From the NCBI RefSeq assembly GCF_000143415.4, contig NW_003314262.1, forward strand, positions 596,078-660,077: a stretch of 64,000 nt of DNA, read 5' to 3'. A model generated the notes under the pieces. The model searched no databases, had not been told where the DNA came from, and saw nothing but the letters and a program-made list of their open reading frames with translations. The position numbers were made by a program, and so were the translations under genes. This document shows, one piece after another, positions 37,269 to 50,190 of the stretch (the first letter of the stretch is position 1; each line of letters begins with the position of its first letter). The stretch is from Selaginella moellendorffii. Its lineage: Eukaryota > Plantae > Lycopodiophyta.

Positions 37269-40200
37269 TCACTGCCTCGACTTCTTGGACGACTTGTTCT
37301 TTAGCTGCTTGTTTTGAGGCGGCCTTTTCTTCGCGTCGCCCTTGTTCTCGCTGCTCTTGACGCTCACAAGGCCACTCTTTGGAACTTTTCCACCCAGCGC
37401 TGCCTCGAAATCAACATCGTTCCCACCGATTGCAAAGTGTTGGAGAGATTCAGGACTCAGCATCGAGCTCACTTTCTCCTTTTGGTCAGCCTGTAACACT
37501 CCACTCGTCAAAAACAGAAGACAGGATTACTATAGAGAACCAAACCTTGACTTTGGCTGCTGCTTCCTCTAGATCTTCGTCCACCGAGACTGCGTGGGGA
37601 TTCATCACCACCTTTGTAAATAACAACGTTAGTAAAGAAACTTTTGGTAATACCTCACGACTACCTCTCTTAACCGAGGTAGTGTCTCCTCGATCTCTTT
37701 TGCAGCGGCTTTGTGTAGCTGGCCGTGCAACTTTCGCACACTCTTATTAAACAAAGCCAAGACTTGATTGCGAGGAAGATCCAATGCGCTCTGGTAAACA
37801 AAATTCTCCATGGCTTAGAGACAGCCTCGGGTTCAAAAGAAAGGAAGAACAAACCTCCACAAAACTTATATCGTGTTGCTGGAGACCCATGCATAGCAAT
37901 ATGGCAGCTTGACAAGCAGATAAAGTTACGGGTATGGTTCTCATAAAATACAGTCGAGAAATCGTTGGAACTAAATCGATTATCTGCAGGGAAACTTAAC
38001 ACCACAACAGGAAGAGATAACAAACACACGTACCAGATGGTAGTCAGCGAGGTTATTTGCATATGACTCTAATCGTTTCATGTCATAGGGTGTTAGGAGT
38101 GCATTTTTGCCTCCCAAGATGCCTTCGGTCGATATTGTCTCCTGAGATTCTTCATCGAAATCAATTTGAGGTTTCAAGACGCTAGTAAGGCGAGAAGTCA
38201 GATAACACGCAGTCATTTGCTGGAAACGTACCTTAGAGCGAGTCCAGGACTGAACGATCGAAAGGATGAGCCCAACAGCGATATAAACCTCCGGGAGAAA
38301 TCTGCAAAACATGCTAGTATCGTGAAAGGTCTGTGCAGTAAAATACTACCTTCATTGAAAGGTCTAACCCAGCTTCCTTGCTCTGCCGTTGCGGTATCCA
38401 CTTCGCCAATTTCTGTTGGCCTTAAGACCACACAGCTATGTTCTCCGGTTATGGCACTCTGCAGTATAAAGGTTCAGTTGGCAGACAGACAGTGCTTCAA
38501 AAGCTCACCGGAATTTGTGAGACATAAACAGGCACAAATTTGAGCTTTTTCCAGAAATTGTGCAGTTGTTGTGTGAGGCCATATGATACACCCACATAAT
38601 GGACTTTTTCCGCGTTTCTTTCATGTAGACCAACTAGCAACGGCGGAAGATTTGCTCTTGGTTTGATTTGTTCCTCCAAAAGTGAGATCTGAAGAGAAAA
38701 CTGTCCGTCCATATTCCAAAACTATGAAACTCAAACCTCAGCAGCAGCTTCAGCAACTTTCACAGGGTGTTTGTGAACCACATCATCTTCATCGTCCTCT
38801 TCTTCCAAATCGGTAAACTGGCCCTCGTAATACCTGCAATCCATATCAGACAAATTTAATTTTCTTCGATTAATCTTTACCGGACTAGAAGGTTGACAGC
38901 CGCAGAACCATAGCCGGCCTAAGTACCATCCAATTTTTAAGCGCCAAAATGAGAAAATAGAGTTACCTTTATCAAGTTTGGATGGACTGCAATTCGCACA
39001 ATCCTAGCACCAGACAGGCTCGGGAACTCCGAGTCTTGAAACTGTTGAGAAACTTTCCAGGGTATTTGATCTCCCGAAGGAGACGAGCCATCGCTTAGGC
39101 TTTTCAAGGCGGATTTTCTCGATATTTTTCCTTCTAAGCAAACCTTAAGTCGCAGTGATGGTTAGAAAAAAACTTACGATATACAACAGTGCTTACCTGA
39201 ATAACGCACAAAATATCAGGAAATGTGTTTTGTGTCTCATCAACAGGCCCTGCAACAAGTGTGAGCTTTGTACAAATCACGGAAGCGTTACCAAGAAGAA
39301 CGAACAGATGATGTGCAGGCGCATCAGACAAGAGCTGCAAGTCATTTGGTGTGTTTTTGTAGTGCGAAGCCACGTATAGGGCCATCATTCTCTGTTACAA
39401 AAAGATTAGACTACTTCTTTAGAACATGATAGCTTACTTGCAAAAAGAGCTCGCTCGCTTTATGATAGGAAAACAAAGTATCCCGGTTGACATAGAAAAG
39501 CCGGCATTCACTAGGAGGCGGCAACCTGTATAAAAAAATAAAAAAATCAGTTATGGCACTTACTGGTTTCTAGCAGTTTTGATCCTACCTTCCTTCGATA
39601 CTTGGAATATGATCGGCAGCATTCAGACAAAGAAGCTCGTGCAGCCACCCTTCAATAGGATCGCCAGCTCCATACCTGATGGGCTCGGCCAGCTCAACCT
39701 CGCGGAAAACTCTACCTGTAAAGGTTCCACGTAAAAAACTGTATGCTTTCGCAGAGAAGAAAGTACTAGTTCACCTGAAGGAGCAGATTCACTCTTTCCT
39801 TGACTACGGAGCTGTTGGATTAATTTTAGTGACAAGGAACGGCCAGTCCCTTCATATCTGCATCAGATATAATCAGGATAAGTCATCTAACAGGACATTT
39901 ACACGGTACCCGTTAACTGTAGAGCACATGAACACCAAGTATGGCCCTAGCAATGCTTTTACCATAGGAAGCGGTATCGCTGCGGCCTCGTCGATAATAA
40001 GTAACTCAGCCTGCGCAAGCTTTGCATGATCTTGAGGTTGGATGTACTGCCAAAGGGATAGCTTGGTTAGCAAGAGAAATAACGAGTAAGAATGTACTTG
40101 TATAGTTTGTCGATGTTGACGAAAGATGTTGACACGGACCACAGCTTTGTTGAATGCTGGATTGGTACTTTGCACGAGATCATAATCTATGTGTTCCTGT

Positions 40201-41654
40201 GAGAGAGGGAAAAATTCCCAGTGTTGAAGACAAACACAAGTACAATGCCAACCAGCAAACCTTGTACTCAAGTGCATCAAAGCCTTTGCATACAAACTCA
40301 AACAAGGTCTTCAAGTTCTCTGGGCTTGGAGCTGTGACAAAAATGTTTGAATACCTTCAAGATAAAGTGACACGAAGTCAAAACAGAAACGTGACGACAA
40401 ACTATAACACGCTTACCCAAAAGCTACTGCACCAGCAATAGCTAAACCAAGAGCTGCAGATTTTCCTCTTCCACGAGAAGCGGTTAAGGCTACGGTACTT
40501 CTGAGAGTTTTCTCAGAAATAGCATCTAGGAAAGTTACGACGGCTTTTCCCTGGAACAGTTCGTTAGGCTAGCAAGATCGAAATAAGAACAATGTGCTCA
40601 CCTGGTCTAACGTTTTGCATTTGCTCACTAACGGCCCTGCAGGTTGTGTGTCGACCAGCGAGTCTTTGAGCTCCTTCAAATCCTTTTCTGACTCGGTAAG
40701 ACCTTCTTCGCCCTGTAGAGACACACGCTGAGAGGCTGATCATTGTGACAGCTAGCAATGTACCTCCAAAACAGGCAGAGAACTTATTGAGCGGACATGG
40801 GAAGATACTTGTAAGATGTTAAGCTCGTCATCCATAAAAATGCAAGCTTTGCAAGACGCAAGGGACAAAATAAAGCGCTCATTGAAGCGGGCGACCACAT
40901 CTTCATGCGACTCGGTCCGAAAACGAGAATGAACGTCCTGAAATACAATCGAAAAGCATGGATGCCACAATTGGATAAGAAATAAAAGATTTTACCATCA
41001 TCATAGTGTACAGGCTAGTCAAAGATGACAAAGAGCTTAGCAGCAGCAGTATAATTCCCCCACCCTCCACAGTCTCTATAGTTCGTGCGAGTAAGTTGGG
41101 AGTCAATGCTTCAAAGTCCTGGAAAAACATCCTCGTAAGAACTGTGAGCAAGGAAAAGCGTAGCGCGCGCTAACCTGAAGGACACACATCCCAAACGTGT
41201 TTCCCAAGATCTTCTCAGTTTCGGCGTAGTAGCAGTACCGAATGCTGGTGCTTGCCACAAAGAGCGAGAAAGGATCGTCTTTCTCCGCGTCCAGCAAACC
41301 CCTCTTCATCATCTTTTTTATCTGCTTCATTCGCTTCTTCTTGTGGCTAGAAAAGATAAAATACAAATTGGTAGGGAACAAAATATCGGAGGAATGCAGT
41401 ACCTGCTGAGGAACAAATCCTTCTTGTAACACCACAGCACCGACGGCCGAGATTTGACAACAGCCTTGGAGAGCATGTAGTGTAAGTTCACAACCTGATC
41501 CAAGAGAAACCTCAGAAAATCTCGCAATCGCTACCGAAATCTCGCAGACCTGATCCCTGTTCTTGTCCCCAACGACGACAAACAGCGATCGATGCCGCGA
41601 CTTGACGCCATTCTCGATCAGCGTCCTGATCCGGCTGTCCACTTTCTTCCTCAT
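37269..41654 (-). CDS. NAT10: RNA cytidine acetyltransferase (NAT10/KRE33), multi-exon
   Basis: MRKKVDSRIRTLIENGV, QDFEALTPNLLARTIETVEGGG, TASRGRGKSAALG, IIDEAAAIPLP, SHYKNTPNDLQLLSDAPAH, RIVRIAVHP, YDMKRLESYANNLADYHL. Confidence 0.96.
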
Positions 41655-42079
41655 TCTCGCCCTCTCGCAAACCCCTAAACCCTAGAAAGCCGGAGGAGCC
41701 CTAATATCCAATCCATCCATTTCTTATTTTGTTTTTCTGGGACGGAATCCATCCATTTGGTTTCGTGCATTCTCCATTCCATCGGGGGAATTTCCAGCGC
41801 ATTCCATCGCCATCGCGGCCTTCGAGTCGGTTGCTTGGCCCTCCACGCAGCGAGCGAGCGCGGCGCCGCCAAATCTAGGCAGCAACCGGTACAATCCGCC
41901 GCGCAATGGCCATGGAGGAGGAGGATTCGCAGCAGAGGTATGTGGATTCGCTCAGCAAATGGCGTCGGAAGGAGGAGCAGTGCTGCGATGGATGCCGGAT
42001 TGCTCGTTGCGCATAGGGTTTTTGGTCAGGATTACGCGAGATTGGGATAGAGATAGATAGCCGAGATCCAATCCAAAAG

Positions 42080-43109
42080 ATGGGGAAGAATCAGGCTTAC
42101 AAGGCAATGCAACGGGCAAAGATGTCTTCCCACACCGGCAGTGTAACGGATGATCTCGACGACGGACTGGTAGGTGTTCTTCCATACACCATTTTTTCCT
42201 CGCATTCTCTTGGATTGGATTCTTCGTTTGTTTCATGTTCTTGCTCGCTAGTTTCTTTCGGGATTTTAGTTTTTCAAGTTTTTCGTGGAAGAATGGGTGC
42301 TAACAAATCTCGTCACAGATGGATGGATCATTTCATTCACCAGAGTGGCATGCTGCGCGTTTGGCAAGTTTGCAAACTTCTCACACCATCACTTGGGAGG
42401 AATTCAAGCGGAAACAAAAGGTTCACTCTCCTCTAGACTTTGAAAAAAGAAAAAAAAAGTTCTTTCCTCCACCTTTATATGCCGGCGAGCTTTGTCCTGA
42501 GATACGCAAATAACTTGATCCTAGGAAGAAGCAAGGAAGCAAAACGAGCTTGAAGACGGTGAAGCCAGAATGATGAGAGAGTACAGAGCTCAACTTGACG
42601 CCGAGCGCGCTGCCAAGCTCTCACGGGGACGGAACCATGTTGATAAGCGAGACACCAGATTTAAGAAAGGTCAGTATAAGCTTTCGCTCCAACTCTTAAG
42701 TTTTCCTCTCATTCATTTCTCCCATGTCGTTCCTTGTTGCATAGGGAAGAAAGACAAAGACAAAGACAAGGACAAGGACAAGAAGAAGCCCAAGCGAAAG
42801 GTAATACTTTCATTCATTTCTCTCCTCGCTTTGCTTCAGTTTCTTACTGCTGGAAATGCTCAGAAATCAGAAAAGAAGCGACGGAAGAACGATCTAGACG
42901 CTGCCGAGGAGGATGGAGCGAGCTCCTCGGCGAGCAGCAGCGACGACACTTCAGAGGCAAAGAAGGACAAGCGGAAAGTCAAGAAGGAGAGGAAAAAGAG
43001 GAGGAAAGCTATGTCCGAGAGCTCGGGCTCGGAGTCATCGTACAGCGACGACAACAAGAAACCAATGCGCTTGTCAACGTTTTTCGACGGCGGCGGCGGC
43101 AATGCGTGA
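42080..43109 (+). CDS. Conserved Lys/Ser-rich nuclear protein (FAM133-like), 5 exons
   Basis: MGKNQAYKAMQR...DGSFHSPEWHAARLASL...TWEEFKRKQK...MMREYRAQLDAER, a poly-basic tail and PMRLSTFF. Confidence 0.75.
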
Positions 43110-43709
43110 CGCGCTCGCTCGCTTGATAGCTCGAAGCAGGGAAGAAATTTTTTTTCTTCCTTTTCGTCCTCACCAAGTTTTTTCCACACAGCCAGCAGCA
43201 GTGTGTGATCATCTCAATCAAAGCAGCAACAGCAGCATCAGCTCGTGCGATTCAGCATAGAATCACTGGGACTCGATAGAACACCTTTTAGATCTCACAC
43301 AAAGGTTCGTTTAACGAGAACGAGACAATATACGAGGGAGCATTCTCCAGTGTATATTAGTGAACATCCAATGAAGAAAAAGAATTTAGAAGTTTCTTCC
43401 ATTTGATGTGACCCAAGACTTTTGGGAAGACCGGAAGTTCTTTAATTGTACGCATAGAACCTCCATTTGCGAATTTTTTTTCCTACGCACCCACAACGCA
43501 ACACTCACACACACACACGCACGCACGCGAAATCACCAAAAGGAGATCCTTTTCCTTTTTTTCCCTCTCCAAATGGCGGCGGCGGAGCTGCGTGGCTTGG
43601 AAAAAACGCAGCAGCACGACGAAAACGATGGCGATCGATCGATGCTTTTTGTCGGTGTGTACAGGCGAATTCGTAACGTATTGTAGCTATACGTGTTGTC
43701 AAATCAATA

Positions 43710-45229
43710 TCAATTCGACGAGGGGAAGATGCAAGATCCATAGCCTGTCAGTCAATCCAAATCGTAAGCTCGAAACTCCAAAAACGAGCAAAGAAACTCC
43801 AAAAGCTTACTTGGATTGATCTTCGTTAGAGCCGCCGTGCTCGAGAAAGAGCACTGATTCTCTCGGATCCAGCGACGATTAAAAGCGTAGGAGGCGTGCG
43901 CGATGATCGTGTTGGGATAGAAGCACGACTGCCCGTCCTGGATCGCAGCGCAGTCACTGGGATTCTGGCTGCAAATCCTGTCCAACTCTCTCTGGAGAGA
44001 GCTCGTATCAGCATCCGGCCTGGCGACGCACCACGAAGAAGAAGACGAGGAAGAATTCACGACCGCAACCGACATGGGCTCTGGCACCGCCTCGTACTGC
44101 GAATCCGAGAGCCTGCCCGTGAGATCGATGCTGTAAACCGGCCGCCCATCCGGGTAGAGCAGCCCCCAATGCCGCTCGGTGCCAGGCCCGGGCTTGAGAT
44201 TCTCGTTGTAGAGTGCGAAGATGAAAGTCGCTATGGCGCTGTTAGGCCTCTTTGGTGTCCCTCTCCCCTCGATCACCTTCCTCACTAGCCGGCGATTGTA
44301 GGTCGCGGCGTTCGATCGCGTAGCGCCCCTCTCGTTCTCATCGCCGGCATTCGGCCACCCCGTCTCGCTGATTCCGAGCTCCACATCGTCAAACCCTAGA
44401 TCCTCCATCGCCGAGAAGGTCGCGTCCGTCATGGCGTCGAGCAGATTCGTGTACCTGAGCTTGCCATCGGGAACGACCGTGGCGGCGGGATCGAAGAGCG
44501 CGTAGCCCAGGGAGATGTTGACCGGATTGCCCGCCCACGCGAAATAGGGGTAGAGATTGATGTAGAATGGCGCCCGCGTTGTCCGCAAGAACCCTAACAA
44601 GGGCTTGAGCACGGTGTCGCGGATGTCCGGGCGAAATCTCCCCACGGATGGGGGGTAGGACGCCGCCAGCACGTCCCCCGCGACCGAGGTAGTGATCTTG
44701 ATGCGATCGTCGAGGTTGTGGCTCTGGAGCGCGCGGTGGAGGTTCTCGATCGCGGGCATGAGCTGCTGCCACGTCTGGGCGAGGGCTGGATAGGAGAAGA
44801 TCTCGTTGCCGACGACGATGACGATGATCTGGGTGCTGGGGTAGTAGGGCAGGACGCTCTGGGCAATCCAGTCGTCGGCGCTGGATTGGGAGGAGGCCAC
44901 GGCGCCGATGATCTCGTTGGGCACCATGATCGTGACGCGAATGGAGCTGTTGGAGAGGGCAGTGAGGACTTGGGGATTGGCATCGAAGAGCTTGACGAGG
45001 CGGACGTTCATGGATTTGAGAAGCGCCACCGTCTGGTTTGGGGAGGGGATGTTGTCCGAGATTCGGCCATAGTTCACACCGATTTGATCAAGCCCACTCC
45101 CGGGAGTGCTGCTGCCTGGGAAAGAAGAAGAAATCAATCGCGTTCTCCCTCGCTCGATCGATCGAATGCTTTACCTGGTGGATTGACGGCGATGCAAATG
45201 TGGAGGAGGACGCACAGAGGAACCACCAT
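43710..45229 (-). CDS. Glucan endo-1,3-beta-glucosidase (GH17) with X8/CBM43 domain, 3 exons
   Basis: Signal exon MVVPLCVLLHIC, IGVNYG, VGNE, INLYPYF, ISETGWP, FALYNENLKPGPGTERHWG, X8 WCVA...HASYAFN; last exon SYGSCIFPSSN*. Confidence 0.93.
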
Positions 45230-46190
45230 GGCCGCGGCGAAGAGAAGAAGAAGAAGAAGAAGAAGAAGGGGGGAATTTCCAGTGGAATCGATGGATGATC
45301 GGCGTGAGAGGTTGTTCCACTTTGGAGTTCCTGGCGGTGGTTTTCACCGACCATGGAAGCTGATATTTTTCTTCTCTCTTATTTTTTCTGATTTTTTTCC
45401 TTGCAGGGCTCGACAAAAATATGGGCTGCGCTCGCTAGAATCCAAATCCAAATGGAAATCGATTCGAGAGGTGGGATTTGAGGAGAGGAAGGGGCCTTTC
45501 TTGACTGCCCGGAATGCCTTCCCACGCTGTGACGTTTGCTCGGGCCCCTCTTACGCGTTTGCCGCTATTTAACTTTCGCGTGTGCCCTAAAGTTTAGGGG
45601 ACCTCTGTTTTAGGGCAGAATCTTGGTGAGTCAAAATCAAGGGGAATCTGTGTGGAAGATGAGGAGGAATATTTCTTTCAAGTTCAACGACGGTACATTC
45701 TTTTTCTTTTTTGCTTTTTTTTTTCCCTTTCTGATTTAATAATTACTTGCAAAATGCCTATGTTGAAGGTGGGGCAATTTACTGGGAAGTGCTTTCAGCA
45801 TCATTTAGCTTTCAACTATACCATAAGCGTAAGAAACACAGCAGCTTTAGGTACCTCAAAAGTTTGGATGATAAGTGTTGCACAAAGTGATGTAATCGTC
45901 CATTCCATCCCCTAGTCATGATCATTCAAGGCAGTTGAGCATTGCTTTGCATCAGTTTTCAGAAGAGCTAAACATGTAATGTGTTCACCTCATGAAAAGC
46001 ATGAACTTATTCACCAAGTGTTCATCGCTTGAAAGAGAAAGATCATCATCTTCAACCTTGTCGTATAAACACAATTTGACAACCAGGCAAGATCAGCTTC
46101 GTGTCAAGATCGTATAAACGTATTGATCGAGAGCTTGTATTATTTACAAAAGGTGGCAACCTGTGGCAATCTGTGGCAATCTGTGACTGG

Positions 46191-47405
46191 TCACTGCGTG
46201 AAGGCCTCGGCCTGCAGCATCCCGTTGCGGATCTGCTCGGCAACGTCACGCACGGCACCGGGTCCATGCGGCAGGAAGACGGTGGACGATTTGGAGGTGG
46301 CACCAATCTCCTTCATGGTGTCGAAGTACTGCGTCAAGAGCACCATGTCCATAACGTCCTTGGCGCTCGTCCCTGGAACGTTGTGCGAGAAGGCCAAGAC
46401 GCTCTCGCGGAGGCCGTCCACAATCGCCTGGCGCTGCCTCGCCACTCCCACGCCGGACAGATACTTGGACTCGGCCTCCGCCTCGGCCCGCTTCACCTGG
46501 AGGATCTTCTCGGCCTCGGCCTTCTCGTTGGCCGCCACTCTCAGCCTCGCAGCTGCCACAAAACAAAAGAGCGCACAGTGTTAACGGGATCCCCAAAGTA
46601 ACGCGCGGACAAAGTCCGGAAGAAAACATAAACAAATGCATAGGAATAGTTGATAAGAATAGAACCTGCGTTGATCTCGTTCATGGCATTTCGAACAGTT
46701 TTGTCCGGCTCAACGTCGACAATCAAGGTCTGGACGATGCGATATCCGTATGCGGCCATTGCCTGCCACGATCGAAAGGAAGGAGTGAAAATCATATAAC
46801 AAGAAAAGAAAGGACCTCTAAGAAAGATCAACTTCGAAGAAGCGCATCTAACAAGACCAAAGCGAAGAAGAAGAGGCTCAGTACCTTTTCGAGCTCGTCC
46901 TCGACAGATTTGGCAACTTCATTCTTCTGCTCAAAAACATCGTCCAGAATCATCTTTGGCACGCAAGCGCGGACGACTGCAAGAAAACGATTTGAAACGA
47001 GCAAAGTCAAACGCAAAAAAAAAAAATACAAACCATCAAAGACATAAGCTTGGATTTGCTCCCGCGGATTAGAGAGCTTGTAGTAAGCATCCATGGCGTC
47101 GGCCTGGACCACCGCATACTGGACCGATGCTACGACCGTCACAAAGACATTGTCCTGGCAGGCAAGAAACCCCCCCAAAATTCAGCCAGAGAAGCCCAGA
47201 AGCCAAGAACCCTAACCTTGGTCTTGGTCTCGCAGCGCACATCCAGCTGCTGGATCCTGAGATTGAGAGATCCAGTGATGTTGCTGCCAAAGATCCAAGG
47301 GACGCAGTGGCATCCGGGATCCAGGACCTCGTCGAATTTGCCCCATCGCTCCTTGATCGCTACCCTCGACTGGGGCACCTGGAAGCAGCAACACATCTGG
47401 CCCAT
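46191..47405 (-). CDS. HIR: Hypersensitive-induced response protein (SPFH/band 7)
   Basis: [20 protein letters not shown]|[48 protein letters not shown]. Confidence 0.95.
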
Positions 47406-49594
47406 GATAGAGTAAAACCCTCCACGCCTAAAAACATTTGAATGGCTTGCGTGGAATTTATTTCCCACGCCTCCTGTCGATCCAACGGTCACCGGTGCAT
47501 CCATCCAACGGCGTCGAGAATCAACGCTTATCTTGTATTGAAAAGTCAGTCGAAAATTCGACTGTCTATTTCTACGCGCCTTTTTGTTGTTTGGTTGCAA
47601 TTGTACTTTGAACTTATGGGAACTCTCAACGAAACAACACTTTTACGAATAAACGAACGTTTGGAGAGTCAACCCGCAAATGTTGCCTGCCTTGGAGTCC
47701 TCTTTTGGGTTAGATCTTAAGCGTTCACGTAAACTCCTAGAACCAGTCGTGATAAAATCACGTAATAGTGGGCATTGAACAAGTGGTCGAACCAAGCAAT
47801 GCCCACTTTCACATCCAAAGAGCTGCAAAACAACCAAAGTTTCCAATGAAGAGCTGTGGTTGTCAAAGAAAAAGCTTGCTTACCTTGACATTAGGAGACA
47901 CCCCAATGTCAAACTCTGTGTGAGGATACTTGAAAGATTTTGTGTGACAATTTTATCTCTGACTTGCAAACTTGTAAGGACAAGCCTCACATACTCCCCT
48001 TCAAAAAATAGAGAAGGCTTATTATGAATATTGTCCTCTTTTTTCAGCTTCATGTGTAAAGCTTTAATGGTAATGTGCTTGCTTTGTAAGCAAGAGGTCA
48101 TGAGTTACTGAAAGCATAATATTCTTTCTTTTCCATGGCTTGGAGATGCAGAGCTGACATGGGTGACATAATATGATGTAGTAAGGGCTGATGCTTAAGC
48201 GATATGATGTGGTCCTGTGGACATTGTTCAAACAGTCAAGGGATTAGACTCAATTGAGAAGCTTAAGTTGATGTTCATATGGTACAAACATTTGAAGTAC
48301 ATATATGATGGATTCCATTATATTCATCTTAGCACTTACTAACCCCTTAAAGGACAATCTTTATTATGATGGTTTATTTAGGCTTATGGCAACAAAAACA
48401 ATTGCCTTTCAATGTATCTTCTTTTGTTAGTGTTGCAAATGTAATTATGAGTATCAAATGTTACTTATTAGCAAGTTTTTTGGATATTCTTTTTTTACTG
48501 TCACAACAGTAGAATGTTAGTTTTGCTGGATCCTTTATCCCAAGTTACTTGAGAAATTGGTCATTATATATGTACTTGTGCTAGATAAACATAAGGTAAA
48601 AACTTTCTATGTGTTTTTTGTTGAGTAAACTCAACTTGGTATGAGAAACTCATATGTTAGCTTGAAGTTATTAGTGTTGAAAATCCCTTTTAAATGACTA
48701 ATTTTTCTATTTTACTTTAGTCACTTTTGATCACTTAATGGAGTTTTATTCACAACCTTCATAAATTTTATTCATAACTTGGGGGTTTATTAACTTTGTG
48801 AATGGCCTTTATGCCACTCTACCTTTACACTAGATTCAAATGCTTCACATTTTTTATCCCACTACAAACACCTAAATGTACTACTAGTATATCAGCTTAT
48901 TATGCTAAAGTCATATCTATTCACCTTTGTTTTATTGGTAGTCCAAGATAATTTATGCCACAGTCTTGTTTCCCAAAGACAAGGCCATCTGTTCATTTGT
49001 GGTCATATTATGATTACAGTTTAGCATCATTATGATGCCTGAAGACATAAAGATCCTCAATATCCTTTCTTTAGTCCTCACCAAACCCCTTTCTGTACAT
49101 GTCTATGCTCGCCAAAACTACCATGGGGTCAGGGTTTAAAGCCTGAACCACTAAGTCCCATTGACCACTTGGACTTCCTCACCACATTCTGAGTTTGAAG
49201 GATTGGGGTGGCTATTGCAAGCCATAAATTCAGTTTGCAGCATTTGCCTCTCTAGAGATGGCCTTTAGATTGCTCACTTGAGGCTTCGGCTAGTTCCTAG
49301 GTTGGACAAGTGCTCTAGGTCCTCCACTAGGCTCGAGAGTTTAAGTAAGTAATTCTCTTATGTGTGAGACACAAAATCCCTAAGCCCCAAAGTGGAGCCG
49401 GAAGGGCGCCACATGGTAGTGGCCGAAGCGAGAGCCAAACGAGCGTAACACGTTTGGACCAAAAGCTCCGACTTGAAAAGTCAAGAGCGGGAGTGGAACT
49501 CCCAACGAAGTGCTCGAGGAACGAGCACGAAGCGAGCAAAAGGCGAGGCTCCAAAAAGGGACCCAAAAGGACCAACACATGACACGTGGGAGTG

Positions 49595-50190
49595 TCCGAG
49601 ATGGACTCGAGTTGGAGTCCGAAGTGGAGTCCGAGATGGACCCGAGATGGAGTCCGAGATGGAGTCCGAGGTGGACCCGAGATGGACCCGAAATGGAGTC
49701 CGAGATGGAGTCCGAGATGGACCCGAGATGGAGTCCGAGGTGGACCCGAGATGGACCCGAAATGGAGTCCGAGATGGACCCGAGATGGAGTCCGAGGTGG
49801 ACCCGAGATGGACCCGAGATGGAGTCCGAGATGGAGTCCGAGATGGACCCGAGATGGAGTCCGAGATGGAGTCCGAGATGGAGTCCGAGGTGGACCCGAG
49901 ATGGACCCGAAATGGAGTCCGAGATGGACCCGAGATGGAGTCCGAGATGGAGTCCGAGATGGACCCGAGATGGACCCGAGATGGAGTCCGAGATGGAGTC
50001 CGAGATGGAGTCCGAGATGGAGTCCGAGATGGAGTCCGAGATGGAGTCCGAGGTGGACCCGAGATGGACCCGAGATGGAGTCCGAGATGGAGTCCGAAGT
50101 CGAGACCGAGACCGGGACCGAGACCGGGACCGAGACCGAGACCGAGGCCGAGGCCAAGACCGAGCCCGAGCCCGAGTCCGAGTCCGAGTC
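49595..50190 (+). repeat. Tandem array of mixed 12-bp (GAGATGGAGTCC) and 11-bp (GAGATGGACCC) units grading into CCGAGN hexamers, in the 5' LTR
   Basis: Directly visible; responsible for repetitive ORFs in all six frames. Confidence 0.95.

Noticed and set aside
45230-45354. Upstream ATG and (CTT)n poly-Leu as the glucanase signal peptide
   Set aside because: The ATG at 45354 is out of frame with the splice phase, and the poly-Leu frame has a stop and no ATG upstream; 45229 was used as the start
44718-45572. Long antisense ORFs here and at 27754-28473, 33474-34388, 7373-7972
   Set aside because: Shadow ORFs of GC-rich coding exons on the opposite strand (33474-34388 also runs into MED30 exon 1)
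49595-50190. CRISPR-like array
   Set aside because: Units are contiguous with no unique spacers, there are no cas genes, and the context is eukaryotic
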